Source: Octopus vulgaris
Lineage: Eukaryota
NCBI GenBank assembly: GCA_951406725.2
Contig: OX597823.1
Coordinates: 73,284,001 to 73,348,000 of the forward strand
Direction: 5' to 3'
DNA: 64,000 nt
This document shows, piece by piece, positions 27,227-41,415 of this stretch (positions within the stretch are counted from its first letter, which is position 1; the number at the start of each line of letters is the position of its first letter). Below the pieces are notes generated by a model. That model was not told where the DNA came from, did not search any database, and was given only the letters and a program-made list of their open reading frames with translations. Position numbers and translations under genes: made by a program.

Positions 27227-27400
27227 TACGACGGGCTTCTTTTAGTTTCCGTCTACCAAATCCACTCACAAGGCTTTGGTCGGCTCGAGGCTATAGTAGA
27301 AGGCACTTGCCCAAGGTGCCAAGGTGCCACGCAGTGGGACTGAGCCCGGAACCATGTGGTTGGTAAACAAGCTACTTACCACACAGCCACTCCTGCGCCT
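26931..27400 (-). mobile_element. Full-length CORE-like tRNA SINE family B with internal microsatellite
   Basis: Minus-strand head GGCGCAGGAGTGGCTGTGTGGTAAG...GGTTCCGGGCTCAGTCCC, CORE-like CACCTTGGGCAAGTG, (GTAAAAGA)n tail. May correspond to octopus OR2 (from memory). Confidence 0.85.
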
Positions 27401-27409
27401 ATAGGATTT

Positions 27410-28365
27410 TAAAACAATTTAGGTTCAACAATCGGGAAAAAATACACATCAACTTCCACTAAAATCATGTACTGACGGAACTTTTTCAAATCTAATCATG
27501 ATCAACTCTGGTGTTTCCCCATGGTTTGGTTTTATTCTTCACTTTCTTCGTATACAGTAGTGACGTCTTTCTCTCAACATCCGACAATGCTTGCTTTTTT
27601 GCAGATAATACGACCCAACATTCCCCACTTACCTCCCCGACAATGCATCATTCATAAACCTGATAGGCACGACTTGCCAAACCTACATTGATTCTATTAA
27701 CGTAGACTTTGCAAGAATCTTCCTGTAAGGCCATGCCAATATTGTCTCTTTTAATAGCATAAAAATCTTCAGCGCAGCAGCTATCCAGAAGAAGATACCG
27801 CATGACGTACTCCTAAACATAAGCTGTATCTAACTAAACACCTCGCAGTCACTCCAAATGAAGGCCTAACACAGAACGAACACAGAGCGAACGCTAAACC
27901 TTGCCGCATCTAAAGACTAGCCATTCTCTTCAAAGCAACAGTTACTAATACTCTACAAAGCTGATCTCATTAATAGGTGGTGTCACTGATGCAAACAAGG
28001 ACATTGTGGACTGTATCCAGAAAAGGACCACCTGACCGATTTTCCACCCATTTATTAACAAACTCCAGCATCTGGCACAGAGCTGTGCTACCTCCTCTCT
28101 GTCTTTTCTCAGTCACCTTGACCCCACTCCTTGTAGCTGACTTGTTTCGTAACCCATCCGCTCAGACAGCTCCGATCTTCTCGTCTCCCCATCTCTCATG
28201 TCATCCTTATTACATCCAATCATCTGGTCACATCCGAACCACTATGTTCAGACCTTCATTCCCTGAACATAGGCTTTCGAATTTTCTCTCTGTTGAAGAT
28301 TTTCCTGCAGATTTTGACTCCCAATAGTTTAAGTGTAATATCAATGGCATCAAATCCACCAGTTA
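27410..28365 (+). mobile_element. Decayed CR1-group LINE reverse transcriptase fragment
   Basis: INSGV..GLVL (GVPQGSVL-like), FFADNTT (YADD-like) and a C-terminal SSLCLF...FPADFDSQ*FKCNIN. Confidence 0.7.
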
Positions 28366-28617
28366 AGAAGGCACAAATGTTATTTTAACCCGTGATTCAG
28401 CAAGTAAAATATATCGCGGTTTTGCATATGCATTACGTATATGCTTATAACTACGGATACCAGTGCATATTCTCTGTGAAACGTTTTTACTTCCTGGAAG
28501 AATCATTATAGCATCAGACGAACTATATGCGATATCTGTGCGATTGTTTGTGTTTAAATCGAATCAGTTACACCTTTGCTTTTCATCCTTGCGCAGTCAC
28601 AGATGAGCTAAGAGAAA

Positions 28618-28689
28618 TAGCGCAGAGTGTAGCGCAGAGTGTAGCGCAGAGTGTAGCGCAGAGTGTAGCGCAGAGTGTAGCGCAGAGTG
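28618..28689. repeat. 12-bp minisatellite (TAGCGCAGAGTG) x6
   Basis: Six perfect tandem units. Confidence 0.95.
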
Positions 28690-30279
28690 CTCAGTAGCAT
28701 GTACTTGAAGGACAAAGCTTAATAATGGTATATAAGATACTATACCCTATAAAATGTTGCTTCATTGAAATCATCATCGCTTTCAGAGGAAGTACTACAG
28801 TATAGCTTGATGATAAATAAACAAACTTCGAATAAGAAGGCGAGAAAATTTCTCAACTCAATTGCTATGTCTATGTGTGTGTATTTATATATACATACAT
28901 AGCTAATAATTCCTCAATGGTGAATTTAGTCATTATAATGGTGTGGTATAATATATATTCATTTGTGTAGAGAAACATACACAGACATATAGACAAGACA
29001 TACATACATACACACACATATATATGTGTGTGTGCGTGTGTGTGTGTTTATGTGTGTGCATGTCTGCGTATGTGTATATATGAATACTGTAATATAATTG
29101 TTTCCTAGATACTGTGCTTTAAGGTAAACGCTGCTAAGGACCCTTGCCCTTGACATTATTTTGTTTTTCAATAACCCCAATACCATGCAGATGAGATTAA
29201 ACATTACTATTCCTAGTTATCCTACTTTTAGTAACTCCTCCCTTAATCCGGTAGGCTATTTGCTTAATCAAAAGCAAATATAATAAATGCTGCTTGGGAA
29301 TCAACACTCAACGAAATAAGCAAAGAGAACCACCTTATTTCTGTATTAATCGTCTGTTTGATATTGTATATTATAAGTATATACAGAAGAAGATTCACCA
29401 CAGAAAGGAATATCATGGTAATAGAAATAGAAAGAAATTACGTGAAAGAGGACAGTATGTTTATGAGAAAGAAATAGCCTTCAGGTAATCTTTCTGAATG
29501 GCTATTCAGAAAGAATAGCAAGTAATCAGCCTAGATATTATAAATTAGAAACGAAGATGGAAATAAGGAAATGAAGAAAAATATAGCAGAAAAGAAATAA
29601 TGCATGAAACAGCTAAATGAGTAAGAGAAAACATGATAAAGTATTGGAGAATAATATTTCTAAAATATGAGGTACAGTATGATAAGTGAAATTAAATGTT
29701 TCTTACTAGGAAGCGGAAACATATCGTCAACCTTGCTCTCTCTGAACCGTATTGAATCTCTTCAGTGTCTCCTTCAAAAATAAAAATATCGGTTGATATT
29801 GATTTTTAGAGTTCTTAATTTATAATCCCACCCCACCGAAAATTGTTTGATATTTGTTAGAATCAATTAGGCTATATTTTATAGGTAAAATAAGTGTGTC
29901 TTAAAAAGTTCGCGTGCTTTCCAGTAGTATTTACAATTCTTAATTTCGGAAGAAGGCCAGCATTTTGAAGGGAGGGGTTCTAGTCGCTACCAGTGACCTC
30001 AAATGGAACAGTGACTGGTACTTTATCTTTTGGATGTCCAAAATGCAAAGATGGCCTCAGAATGTAAAGAGTTCGACGATATATAGTTTTAATAATGAAT
30101 CGAAGGTTTTGTTCTCGATTCCTTTAATTCTTTGTACGTATAAAACATAAAACAAAATAACTGTTTTCTTAAATGATAATACATTTCTCTGCATTTTAGA
30201 AGAGAGATCTAGAATGCTGTGATATTTAGCTTGTACTAAGTATATGTATATTTTATTATTCGGCTCTTTACCTCTAGAC

Positions 30280-30600
30280 CAGTGGTTCTCAACTGGGGTC
30301 CATATAAGATTTTTGTGGGGTCCACACAGCAAAATAGTAAACTGGAGATTCACAATAGTATTTTAAGGGCCCCTGAAAACAATTGTTTTAGATGTATGTT
30401 TTGGTACGTAATGCTAAGTTTCTTTCTCTAACATTCTACATAGTTCAGCCTACACAAGTTAATGTATGAAAAACGAAATAGGAATTTTGAAAGACATTTC
30501 TATAAAACTATATTTTAAACATCGAATAACTATGAGGACCCACCAGAATAAAATAATGATCAAAGGGTCCATAGGTACAAAAAATGGTTGAGAATCCCTA
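30280..30600. mobile_element. hAT (Charlie-type) MITE
   Basis: TIRs CAGTGGTTCTCAAC / GTTGAGAATCCCTA; 8-bp TSD CTCTAGAC / ATCTAGAC containing TCTAGA. Confidence 0.88.
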
Positions 30601-30644
30601 ATCTAGACTGACGATCTAAGCAGCAGGGAATAATTTAATTAGGC

Positions 30645-30830
30645 ACTCATATTCTTCTTCTTTCATGGCTGAGCCTTCCAATGTTTGATGTGCAAGTTCT
30701 GTTACAAAATCTGCAAGCAAGGAGGGTGTTGCATGGATGCGGTACGTTGTCTTTCTTTCTTTGACGTTTTGCTTCGAGGTCTGCTTGACTCCTTTGTTCT
30801 TGGAAATATTTCCACGTTACCCTGTCTTTA
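30645..30830 (-). mobile_element. RTE-clade LINE 3' end
   Basis: DRVTW..FQEQRSQADLEAKRQERK, then after a frameshift CRFCNRTCTSNIGRLSHERR (RTE C-terminal C2H motif). Confidence 0.75.
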
Positions 30831-32943
30831 AAATATATGCAACATTACTAGAATACCACAAGGAAGAGAAAAAACAGAGTTAGTATGAAGCCGAAATATT
30901 CGCAAATTAAGGCTCAATTGTGCCTTTGTCTTCCGGCAGATTATCTCTAGCTCTGTTGTGCAACAAAGTACTTCATTTATCCTTTGATTATTTCTAGATT
31001 CAGGAAATAGGATTAATTATAAACTTCCTTAATATTCATCGTTTTATACAGAAGCTGGAGGGAGAGAAATTGCGCTGAATACCATCGATTTGTAATTATA
31101 CTTGGTTTAATACCTCATTTGGAACTTGATTACTTTTAGAAGAGTTCAATATTTTATAAACATTCAGGCCTAAATTCCATGTTTTCTTTTTTACTATTTA
31201 CTCTTCGAAGTTTTCAAGAGCTCCCATTCATCTAGTTATGGAATCTCTTCAGCTTCAGGAGAAATCATATTGAAGGAGACATTCCGTCTTAAACTATACA
31301 CATATGTACAGCTCATTTCTAAATGCTAAAGAAGAACCAGGCAAATTGATAGTATTATAGTTCATTATAATGAGGTTGTGCTTTAGTTGTTTATAATGAG
31401 GTTTATAATGAGGTAGTGAGGTTGTTATTAAACGCTATAATAAATGAGCGGTTTAGACTATTTTTTGTCATGTGTTTTAGGCATGGATATAGCATTGTGC
31501 TGATAATAGAATATACCTCAAAAGATTGAGATACTAATTCACTTGTCCACCATAGTCGTTCCAGACGTAACGTAGACTGCCTATGTCATGGATTACAGTT
31601 TAATGTATCATTTTATTTAAATAGTATGGTACAATTGATTTCATTATTTGATTGCTATTTTCAGTAGGTCAAGCTATGACATTGAGGACCCTTGTTCAGT
31701 TGGTTAGTACCATAGAGTAAACGTGTATATTTGCATGCAATTAGATAAAATATAAAAAATGAGCTGGTTATCCTCGAAATTTACAATGTAATATATAGAT
31801 TTATGATTTAATCTAAATGCCACTACGTATTTCAACGGCTAAGATCAAAACGGTACAATTAAACTGAGACACAGAGGAATGTTTTTGCCTGTTGTACTAC
31901 ACCCGACGGACACAACCAAATGTGATTCTTATATTGTAATTCTGGTAAAAGCAATGATATAGAATTGTGTAAAGCTTGGCGCGGTTCCAATGCTTTCATG
32001 CCTTAAATGGATGCTGATTTATGCTTCATAACTACATATCTAATATTCGCCATTTTCATACAAACGATTCGGTTTGTTTCATTTGTAGGAGTTAAGTTCT
32101 TCTCTCTAGCGCCGAATGTACTTGGAACGTTTCCAGATTATTGCTGTTGTATTCCAACACTTCTTGACTCATATTATCATAATTGCTCGTATTTAGATCT
32201 AATATTGATTTTTTTTCTAAACAAGTTTGATAATTTTACCTTCACCTGCTAAAATGACATCTTGCAACTATTACCTCGTTACCAACACTGCCCTGTTCTT
32301 TCTTTTATAGGGAGCAAATTGCTTGTGACCCCATATAAATGCGCGCAGGAGTCACACACCTAATTATAAACAGCATGTGTAATTTAAATCTGACTAGTTT
32401 TCTTAGCTTTCAGCATAATTTTGTAATAGCTTCAGCAGAGTAGATTGACAACAACAAGTGGAGTGATAGCAGTCACAGGAGAGGGTTGCACAAAATTTTT
32501 TACACTATTTACCCTTCGGCACTCAAATCTCAAATTGTGTTCGTCTTTGCATTCCATTAATAAATATGAATGCCTATTAGATATTCCACCGAACTTTTCT
32601 CTGGTTCCTAAGTGAAGCAATAGAAGCAATATTTCTAAAGCGTACCAAATATGTGTGTGTGTGTGTGTGCGTGTGTGTGTGTGTCTGTCTGTCTGTGTGA
32701 ATACACATATATATGTGTGTGTATATATATTCTTTTACTCTTTTATTTGTTTCAGTCATTTGACTGCGGCCATACTGAAGCACCGCCTTTATAATATATA
32801 TGTTTTTGTGCAAGTATGTATGTATATATACATCATATACATATACATACATACATACATACATACATACATTTTTCGAACAATGAAAAACATAGAGACA
32901 TACAATTTAAGGAATATTCCTCTTATGCTGAATATATATATGA

Positions 32944-32987
<44 letters not shown>

Positions 32988-33575
32988 ATGCATTAGTGTT
33001 AACCAGTTAACCAATATTGTGTTGAGTCATTCATGGTCTTTACAGTATGATGAACATAATGTAGAAGGAACTAATGCATTGATATTGATAAACTGGTCAG
33101 TGAGACAATATATAGTGAGCTTCCACCATTGTGAGAAGCCATTACTCTGGTGAGATTTGCTAAGCAGGCGAAACTGGTCTTTCTTAAAGATTGCATTCAC
33201 CGTAATGTTACTATTTATGGGACTTTACTTGCTTTAGATAAAATTGTTAGGATTTAGGTTATTGCTGCTCGCTGCATTAGTAAGTTTATTATCACAGTGA
33301 CGTTGTCTTGGGTATTACAAGAAGAATGATGATTGTTGTACTTTTTTTTTATGTTACTTCAAATATGTACTTTTATCTTTTTACTTGTTCTAGTTAATCG
33401 GTTGCGCACTCTTCAAAATATTGATCATGTTACATGTTACAAGCAGACATTTACTTTGTCGAAACGCTAAGTTTCAGACCACACTGACTCACACATACAC
33501 ATATATATCTACATGCATACATACATGCATATATACATATACATACATATACACTTACATACATACGAACGTAGG

Positions 33576-33632
<57 letters not shown>

Positions 33633-33635
<3 letters not shown>

Positions 33636-34848
33636 AGAAAAAAGCAACAGGAATGGATTAGTTGTTCAGTACAATTGTTTCATACGAAAAACAGCTTTAT
33701 TAAAAGCTGCAACTATTGCAGCAAATACAAGTGTCCCATATTCATCAGCCAAAACACATATGAGTTTTCCAAACATCCTAGGGGGTGAGGCTACACTCAT
33801 GAAGTATCGAAGAGAGTTCTATGAAAAGCAAAGTTAGATTGTAAGCAGACCTTAAAAGTTCTCTAATGATGCACAGTTTTATAAAAGGTTTTTAAAAAAG
33901 TTTGCTAGCTTCACAGAAAAGGTAAATCCATCCGTAATAATGCAGGTGTAATTTCCGGAGATATGAGGAGATATTTCATACTCAGAGAAGATGAATGTAT
34001 CCATAATAATGTAGATGTAATTTCCTGATATATGAGAATATGTTGATCACATTTCTATTCGTTTCACAAAACTACTATGTTGGAAGAAGAGATTGACTAT
34101 ATTGGCTAAAAAAAGTCTCAAAAGAAGTCAGTGAAACAGAAACCGCCCAAATAAGGACATTATGGGAGGAAGGGATGTAAGTACACAACCTACAAAGTTT
34201 AGTTTATTTCTGTGGTGACAGAAAATCTAGGTCAGTGTTGCAGGAATCTGAGATTTATAATTTATAAAAGAGAATATTACTTTTGACCATCATACAGCTA
34301 TTAACTGCCACTCCTACAGAGTTAGAGGCAGGTATAAGAATATACAGAGAACAAAAGAAAGTATCAAAGGGGTCAAAGGCTATCAGTAGAGGAAATTACA
34401 TTAAGAGATTTAAGTACAACACTAGAACAGGAGGTTATTTATTTATTTATTTATTATTGTTTCTATTTATACAAATGTTTATACATTGTAAGACAGACTT
34501 TAGGTCTATAACTAGAGGTCAATTAATTTCTATAGTAAAAGGTGTGAGAGTATTGTTTATTCAAAATATAGTGAAAATCATAGTGAAAATTCTTTATATT
34601 ATTATTAAGGGAGTAGCATTACTTATTAAACTAAGAATTGAATTAGGAAGTATTAGCAATTTATTTGATTTAAGTTGGGTTAATTAAATTAGATTAAATT
34701 AAATTAACTATATAGTCAATTAAAATTTTTGGCAATATTTGCAGCTTTTAATAAAATTTTTGCAATATTTGCAGCTTTTAATAAAGCTGTTCTTCGTATG
34801 AAACAATTGTACTGAACAACTAAGCCATTCTTGTTGCTTTTTTCTTGT
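33633..34848. mobile_element. PLE-like element bounded by ~90-bp inverted pLTR arms
   Basis: 33633-33720 is the reverse complement of 34760-34848; both arms carry GAAA-CAATTG-TA. Confidence 0.7.
33664..33755 (-). ncRNA. Type I hammerhead ribozyme with extended, branched stem II
   Basis: TTTTGG-CTGATGA-ATATGGGA...TTTCGTAT-GAAA-CAATTG-TA-CTGAA. Confidence 0.65.
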
Positions 34849-34967
34849 TTATAATCACCCTACATTATTTTATGGTTAATACCATATAGATTTCTGGTGC
34901 ATCTAAGTTAAGTACCGCATTCATGTGAATTCATTGGAGCCCACTTGAATCTTAATTGTTTTTACTG

Positions 34968-35028
<61 letters not shown>

Positions 35029-35330
35029 TTATATATATATATATATAATATATGATAAATTAGAGAAAAACCACTATTGTGTAAGTCAAACAATGATAGA
35101 CATAAACTATATCATATAGAAAAAATAAAATATATTATAAAACATATATCTAGATCACAAAAAGTACATAATGAATAAACATTATATAATAAGAAATTTT
35201 AATACTAAACTGAACTTTTTCCTATAAGTTTGAAGTTATACTCCCTAAAATTATATATATATATATATATCCGTTACAGCGCTTACCTAGTATACCTTGC
35301 CGTTTAGATCACCTGTGAACTAAACCCCCA

Positions 35331-35371
<41 letters not shown>

Positions 35372-36123
35372 TAAATGTACAAAGTTCAGGATTCGAGTGA
35401 ATTAGTTCCTTAAATGATAAAGCACCAAGATCGGGTCAATGAAATCGCTATCGTGTTCAGAACAAAAATAGATGAACCTTTAAGTACATGCCAGGGTAAA
35501 GACTGATTCATATTACAGTTGCATGTACGATTCCAAACGTCGGACTCAGTATACAACGAGTCTCAAGGTTGCACCTAAGTATAAAAACTGCATTAATTGT
35601 ACTGCACTCAATAGACTCCAAAATTATTATAGTGGGAAGATGAATACGGAACAGGAAATAAGAATTTGATATTTCACTCAAACTCCCAAACTCTAACTCA
35701 TTTTATATCATTTTTACTCATTAAATGGCTGGACGACAGATTTCCGACCCACCCCACCAAAAGTAAAAACACATTAATCTCATCCTTGCTGTAGATTAAT
35801 CATAACGCACCCACATACAAACATAAAGAGACATATGATAATAAATCTACTTATATACGTCAGACGAAACTTTTATTAATTGTATTAATAAAATAATATA
35901 ATAAAATAAGAATTTTGAGTGTATAACTAAATCAGTGAAACCATTAAAATAAAATAAGGGATGAAATAAAAGATAAGGTGAATGCAAAATAAAAGAAGGA
36001 AAGGATAAATAAATAAAGTTTAAAGAACACCATGTAAAGCCTGTGTATCAATAAATTTTTATGCAATATACTAAAGCTCTCGAGTGATCAAGGATCCAGA
36101 TGAAATTAGTATCAGTCCGTACA

Positions 36124-36764
36124 CTTTTACTCTTTTAAACTTTTAATTGTTTCAGTCATTTGACTGTAGCCATGCTGGAGCACCGCCTTTTTAGTCGAGC
36201 AAATCGACCCCAGGACTTATTCTTTGTAAACCTAGTACTTATTCTATCGATTTCTTTTGCCGAACCGCTAAGTTACGGGGATGTAAGCACACCACCATCG
36301 GTTGTCAAAAGGCGGCGAGCTGGCAGACACGTTAGCACGCCGGGCGAAATGCGGAGCCGTATTTCGTCTGTCGTTCCGTTGTGAGTTCAAATTCCGCCGA
36401 GGTCGACTTTGCCTTTCATCCTTTCGGGGTCGATAAATCAAGTACCAGTTGCGCACTGGGGTCGATGTAATCGACTTAATACCTATGTCTGTCCTTGTTC
36501 GTCCCCTCTGTGTTTAGCCCCTTGTGGGTAATAAACAAATAGGTTGTCAAATGATGTTGTGGTGACAAACACAAACACACACACACATTCATATATATAC
36601 ATACATATATACGACGGGCTTCTTTCAGTTTCCGTCTACCAAATCCACTCACAAGGCTTTGGTCGGCCCGAGGCTATAGTAGGAGACACTTGTCCAAGGT
36701 GCCACGCAGTGGAATGAATGTGGTTGGTAAGCAAACTACTTACCACACAGCCACTCCTGCGCCT
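36124..36764 (-). mobile_element. SINE family B interrupted by a family A insertion
   Basis: Matches 26931-27400 either side of 36310-36541. Confidence 0.85.
36310..36541 (+). mobile_element. Young full-length SINE family A
   Basis: GGCGGCGAGCTGGCAG head, GAGTTCAAATTCC B-box, 10-bp TSD GGTTGTCAAA at 36300-36309 and 36542-36551. Confidence 0.9.
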
Positions 36765-37859
36765 ATAGTACAGGAATGATATAAATATAACAGTTATATT
36801 AGAGCAATTGAATGTAACCAAATGTAACAGAAAGTGGAGAGGGAGGGAGGTCAGAGAAGTGCATTATTAATACGCTAATAATTATGCTTGAAGAACAGGG
36901 ATGGGAGTTGCAAGCGGGCTGTGGTTAAACCAGGGATTAGATGATTATGTAACCAATTTAAAGTATTTAAATAAACGACGAATTTTATGAATACACGATA
37001 ATCGAAGTTCCAATCTACTGTTGAGCAACTTCTCATTATCCCTATTCTTTAATATTTCGTATAGCTCAGTGCAGCATAGTTTGCATCCATATCTGTTATT
37101 AGAATATGGTTGAGCCCTACGAATAATGTTCCATATAATATCAAATTTTCATGGATAATGAAATATAATTGGCCTTGTGTCTAAATGAGGAAAGATAGTT
37201 GCGCAACCTCGCCTTGAAGTCACAAGAACAATCTATGTCGGTAAATGTATTAAGTATCAGTTATAAACTATATTTTTAGCTAAACAGGCTCCTCTAAGCT
37301 GACTGTTTTATTGTGACAATTACAATTCTTAAGGACCACCTTGTTATTTTATACCTCATAGCTAATATCAGTGCTAACCTTGATATTATCGTGTCTATTA
37401 CTATTAATACCTACGTCGGTACCATGGTCGCTATTAAAGATTCTGTTTACCCTATTCATGCTGTTATCTTCAGTGTGCATACGAAGGCCACCGATCGCCC
37501 CGTTATGATTCCTCCCACTAGGAATTTTATAACTAGAATTACTAATACCATTATAATCAATAGACTGCAGGTCAAAAGGCACTAAAATGGCAGCCGGCTT
37601 CTCAGTTTCATTAACTACCATCGGAGTGCTTACACTATTTGATATTGCATCAATTGGTCGAACTTAAGACAGTCGAACTTAGGAGGGTACGACCTTGATT
37701 CAGCCAAATACAAGTCATGATTCGTGCCTGTATGTGCATTCGAGCATGATAATCCAATGCTGTGGTTACTTACGGTTCCGAGCGGTCTATTGCTACTACT
37801 ATAAGTAGTATTGAGTCCAACCCCATTCCCACCGTTGATACTATTTTTATTGCTAGCAT

Positions 37860-38205
37860 TAAGAAGCAACTTCGAATTTACGTTACGCTTGTTAATTCTC
37901 GCAAGGCCTGAGTCGTTCAGTTCGGCCCACCAGTTTTAACTTACCCGTAATTTTATATGCCTCGGAGTTAATTTTGACGAGGTTGATTTTATTGGCAGTC
38001 CTATATTTCTTATTTAGTTCCTTGAGTATTATTTCACGATTTGCTTCGTAATCCGTTCTGCATCGATTTCCAGTTTTATCGGGTAGTATAAATAATCTGG
38101 TTTCAGCTCCTAATTCCATAATGAATTCCTTAAGCTTTCTCAGGAGAAGATTCTTCTTAAATGGGTGGCTTTTGAACTTGATGTTAGCTATCATCTGGAA
38201 TAAGT
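37860..38205 (-). mobile_element. Penelope-like RT N-terminal fragment
   Basis: DLFQMIANIKFK..LFILPDKTGN..ELNKKYR..KINSEAYKITGKLKL, matching the PLE region around the (A)DK motif. Confidence 0.7.
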
Positions 38206-38245
38206 CATTATCTCCCTCCCCTCTCTCTCTCGCTCTCGCTCTCTC

Positions 38246-38355
<110 letters not shown>

Positions 38356-39236
38356 ATCCAAACAAGAAAATACAGAAAAAAAGAGAAAAAACACAGCAAC
38401 GCAGGACGTGGAACAATTAAAGTATTATTGACGCTCAGGAAAGAAGGGAAGGATATATATATATACATATATATATCAAGCAGTTTTTAAAAAAGCATAA
38501 CAACCGGAAAATTTAAGAAAAACATAACTAAGGGAAAATTTGACGAGGCCAAACACATGGAAAATTCGTAGCTAATCCCGCGTCAGTCAACGTCCAAGAG
38601 ATCATAATAGTTTCGCACTGTTATCGCTATGACTACTCCTTCAAGAGAAGTGCCAGTTCACAAAAGCCTGGGAATACTTAACGAACGTACTGGACCACGA
38701 TGAAGACAAGCAAGACAGACTAAAATTATTATAATAATTATACATATACAACCCCCCAAAAAAGCCGTGCTGCTCTCGGACAGGCGAATGTGGGTAACGC
38801 AAAAGGAAATGGAAAGTCCTAAAGGACTAGAGATAAAAGGAAGGGCAGAACGAAGGAAGAAGTACACAAACCGTGGAGGAAAAAGTGAAGGAACATGAAG
38901 AGGCATGACCGACGAATGAAAAAGAATGACAGACGCGTAGATAGCCACGGGTCACGTGATAGTGGAAGGAGAGAGAAAGAGAGTTGTCGAGGGCTGATGG
39001 ACAATTAGGGAGGAAAAGATAGAGAAATACACAAAGAGGGAGAGAGAGAGGAAGGAAAAAGAGAGCAAAAAAGAAAAGATACAGTCTTGAGTATTGTGCA
39101 AAAAAATAATATATATTTACATGAATATTTCAAGCAGTTTTTCAAGATAACAACCGGGAAATTTAGCAAAAACTTAATAAACGCAAAATTTTATAAAACA
39201 GACAGACAGGCAGACAAAGAGAGAGGCAGACAGACA

Positions 39237-39346
<110 letters not shown>

Positions 39347-39844
39347 GATATGACATGATATGGCGTTATATGGTATGATATGACATGACATGATATATGT
39401 TATGATATTCTTCAGCCCACTGAAACTAACAGTTTCTATGCATTAGTCAAATATTTTAGATTAAAACAATAAAACAACACGTAATATGACATTGATAAAT
39501 GGATCATATTGTTCTGTTTAGCTAAGAGGAATCGCATTACCTAAATGTGACATACCCATACCTGGAAACTTTGTGTAACATTGTGACAAATAGATCACTT
39601 TCAAGAAAGCTAAAACTCAACCTGAAGTAGAAGCTCACCCGTTGATGCACGAAGTTACATGTATTACATACCATAACACAACATAACTAACGTTCATATC
39701 TCGCACACCACTGCATAATGCACACACCAACGCTTTAGGATAGAAACGCCTGATGTATGCAAAATACAATGCATATTATACGCCGTTTCACATAAGACTG
39801 TACGAACATGCATATTTGCCAAGATATAGATATCCGTACACATA

Positions 39845-40691
39845 CGTAGTCTAATCAATAAGTATCCGGTCTGTTGCCATAGTATCGAAGCTAAAGCACG
39901 CAGAGTAACGCTGCTTTGGCAAAGATTGACATTTACCTCTGGTGTGCATGCATCCAAAGTTTTAACGTCCTAGCGCACTTCCGCTGTTTACAGCAGTGCT
40001 TGGAATGAAGGTCTGTAACGTGTGATCGTCGCACTGAACACGACAGAGAAAGATAATCAGAGAATCTGCATCAAATTTTGCCAAAAGCTTGGCGATACCT
40101 GCTCAGAGGCCTACGCAAAGTTTTCAAAAAGTTTTTATCGTTCTCAGCACAATCAAGGAGATTTTTAAATCCGAGTGTCTTTTTGGTCAGCTGAAAGTAA
40201 TTTTGGTACAAACTTGGCAGACTCACGTCTCATACCCAAATCTTCAGTGATAGTGGACTGAACTGTACTGTAACTAAGCTGTATATCCTCTGATGACTCA
40301 CGATTTCTACTCACACCTTCACGCACATCTGGGATGTTTTTCTCAGTTCTGCTGATTGCGGGTCTCCCAGAACATTCGTCAATATCGACATTTTTTTCAA
40401 CAATCTTGGAAACGCCTGAACCACTCGTACACTTGTGTGCGAGTCATACACTCCTCACCATACACTTTCTGCAACATTGCGCAGGCCTCTGAGCTGGTTA
40501 CGCCATGACAACTTTCTCTGTCGTAGTCAATGCGACGATCACACGCTATATACCTTTCTTTCAAGCACTACTCTAAACATCGAAAGTGACCTAGAACATT
40601 AAAACTTTGCGCGCATGATCAACAGAGCTCAAGGTTTGCGCCAAGCGACTTTACTCTAGTAACAGTCCGAATACTTATTGACCAGACTCCG
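39845..40691. mobile_element. Foldback mariner derivative made of two opposed 5' ends
   Basis: TA-flanked TIRs. The left arm encodes QRICIKFCQKLGDTCSEAYAK (+); the right arm encodes MLQKVYGEECMTRTQVYEWFRRF...DLGMRRESAKFVPKLL (-). Confidence 0.85.
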
Positions 40692-41238
40692 TATTAAAAT
40701 ATAGATATCCTCTTCGTATAGCTATATGTCCTCGCATATCATATAAATATGTATTCTCACATCTATGCAACCATTCATATAGATTCTCTTTCATGTATAC
40801 ACCTTAGCATGAACCTTTAAATAAATGCACAATTATTAACGAGGAGGTAAGAAACACTCCAGAGAGCTGAATAGCAGATGCTCTCCAAAGAAGAAGAAAC
40901 ACCGCCCAGCCAATTGGTTCGGCCCTTAACCTTTTACACTCTGAGAAGGCCTGGCCGCACCCAGGTCATGATCCCTAGGTGCCCTTCTGCTGACACGTTT
41001 TAGCTGACACTTTGGATATCGGAGGCTTGTGCATTTAAATCGATTGGAGATTTCATCTATGTGGAACTCCTCTCCGTTGACTCAGCTTTCAAACTTATAC
41101 TTAAAAAAGAAATAACCTTGGTTGTCATGGTAGCGATGAAACCTCAACGCTACCACAATCACCCACACAGAATTACTTCTATTAGCATTAAAATACAAAA
41201 ATATTGCCTTCAAACGATATGGAGAGTGACACAGAGAG

Positions 41239-41415
41239 ACAGAGGTGAATAAGAGAAAATGAACTTAACGACATTCGTTATTTCACATTATTTACAATCG
41301 TTTCCACACATCGATACACCACACCCATCGTTAAACATGTAGTTTCAACTAATTGTAGAAATGTGAAATAGAGAATGTCGTTCAGTCTTTTTTTTTTCTT
41401 ATTCATCCCTTTGTA
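41239..41415. mobile_element. MITE-like element with ~55-bp imperfect TIRs
   Basis: GTGAATAAGA..AACGACATTC..TATTTCACATT versus AATGTGAAATA..GAATGTCGTT..TCTTATTCA. Confidence 0.65.

Noticed and set aside
28618-28689. Possible CRISPR-like array
   Set aside because: Contiguous 12-bp units with no spacers and no cas genes.
38595-38650. Minus-strand hammerhead-like remnant between diverged direct repeats (38476, 39130)
   Set aside because: Too degenerate to call.
40900-40920. GC box plus CCAAT (CCGCCCAGCCAAT) as a promoter
   Set aside because: Short motifs with no linked exon or start site.
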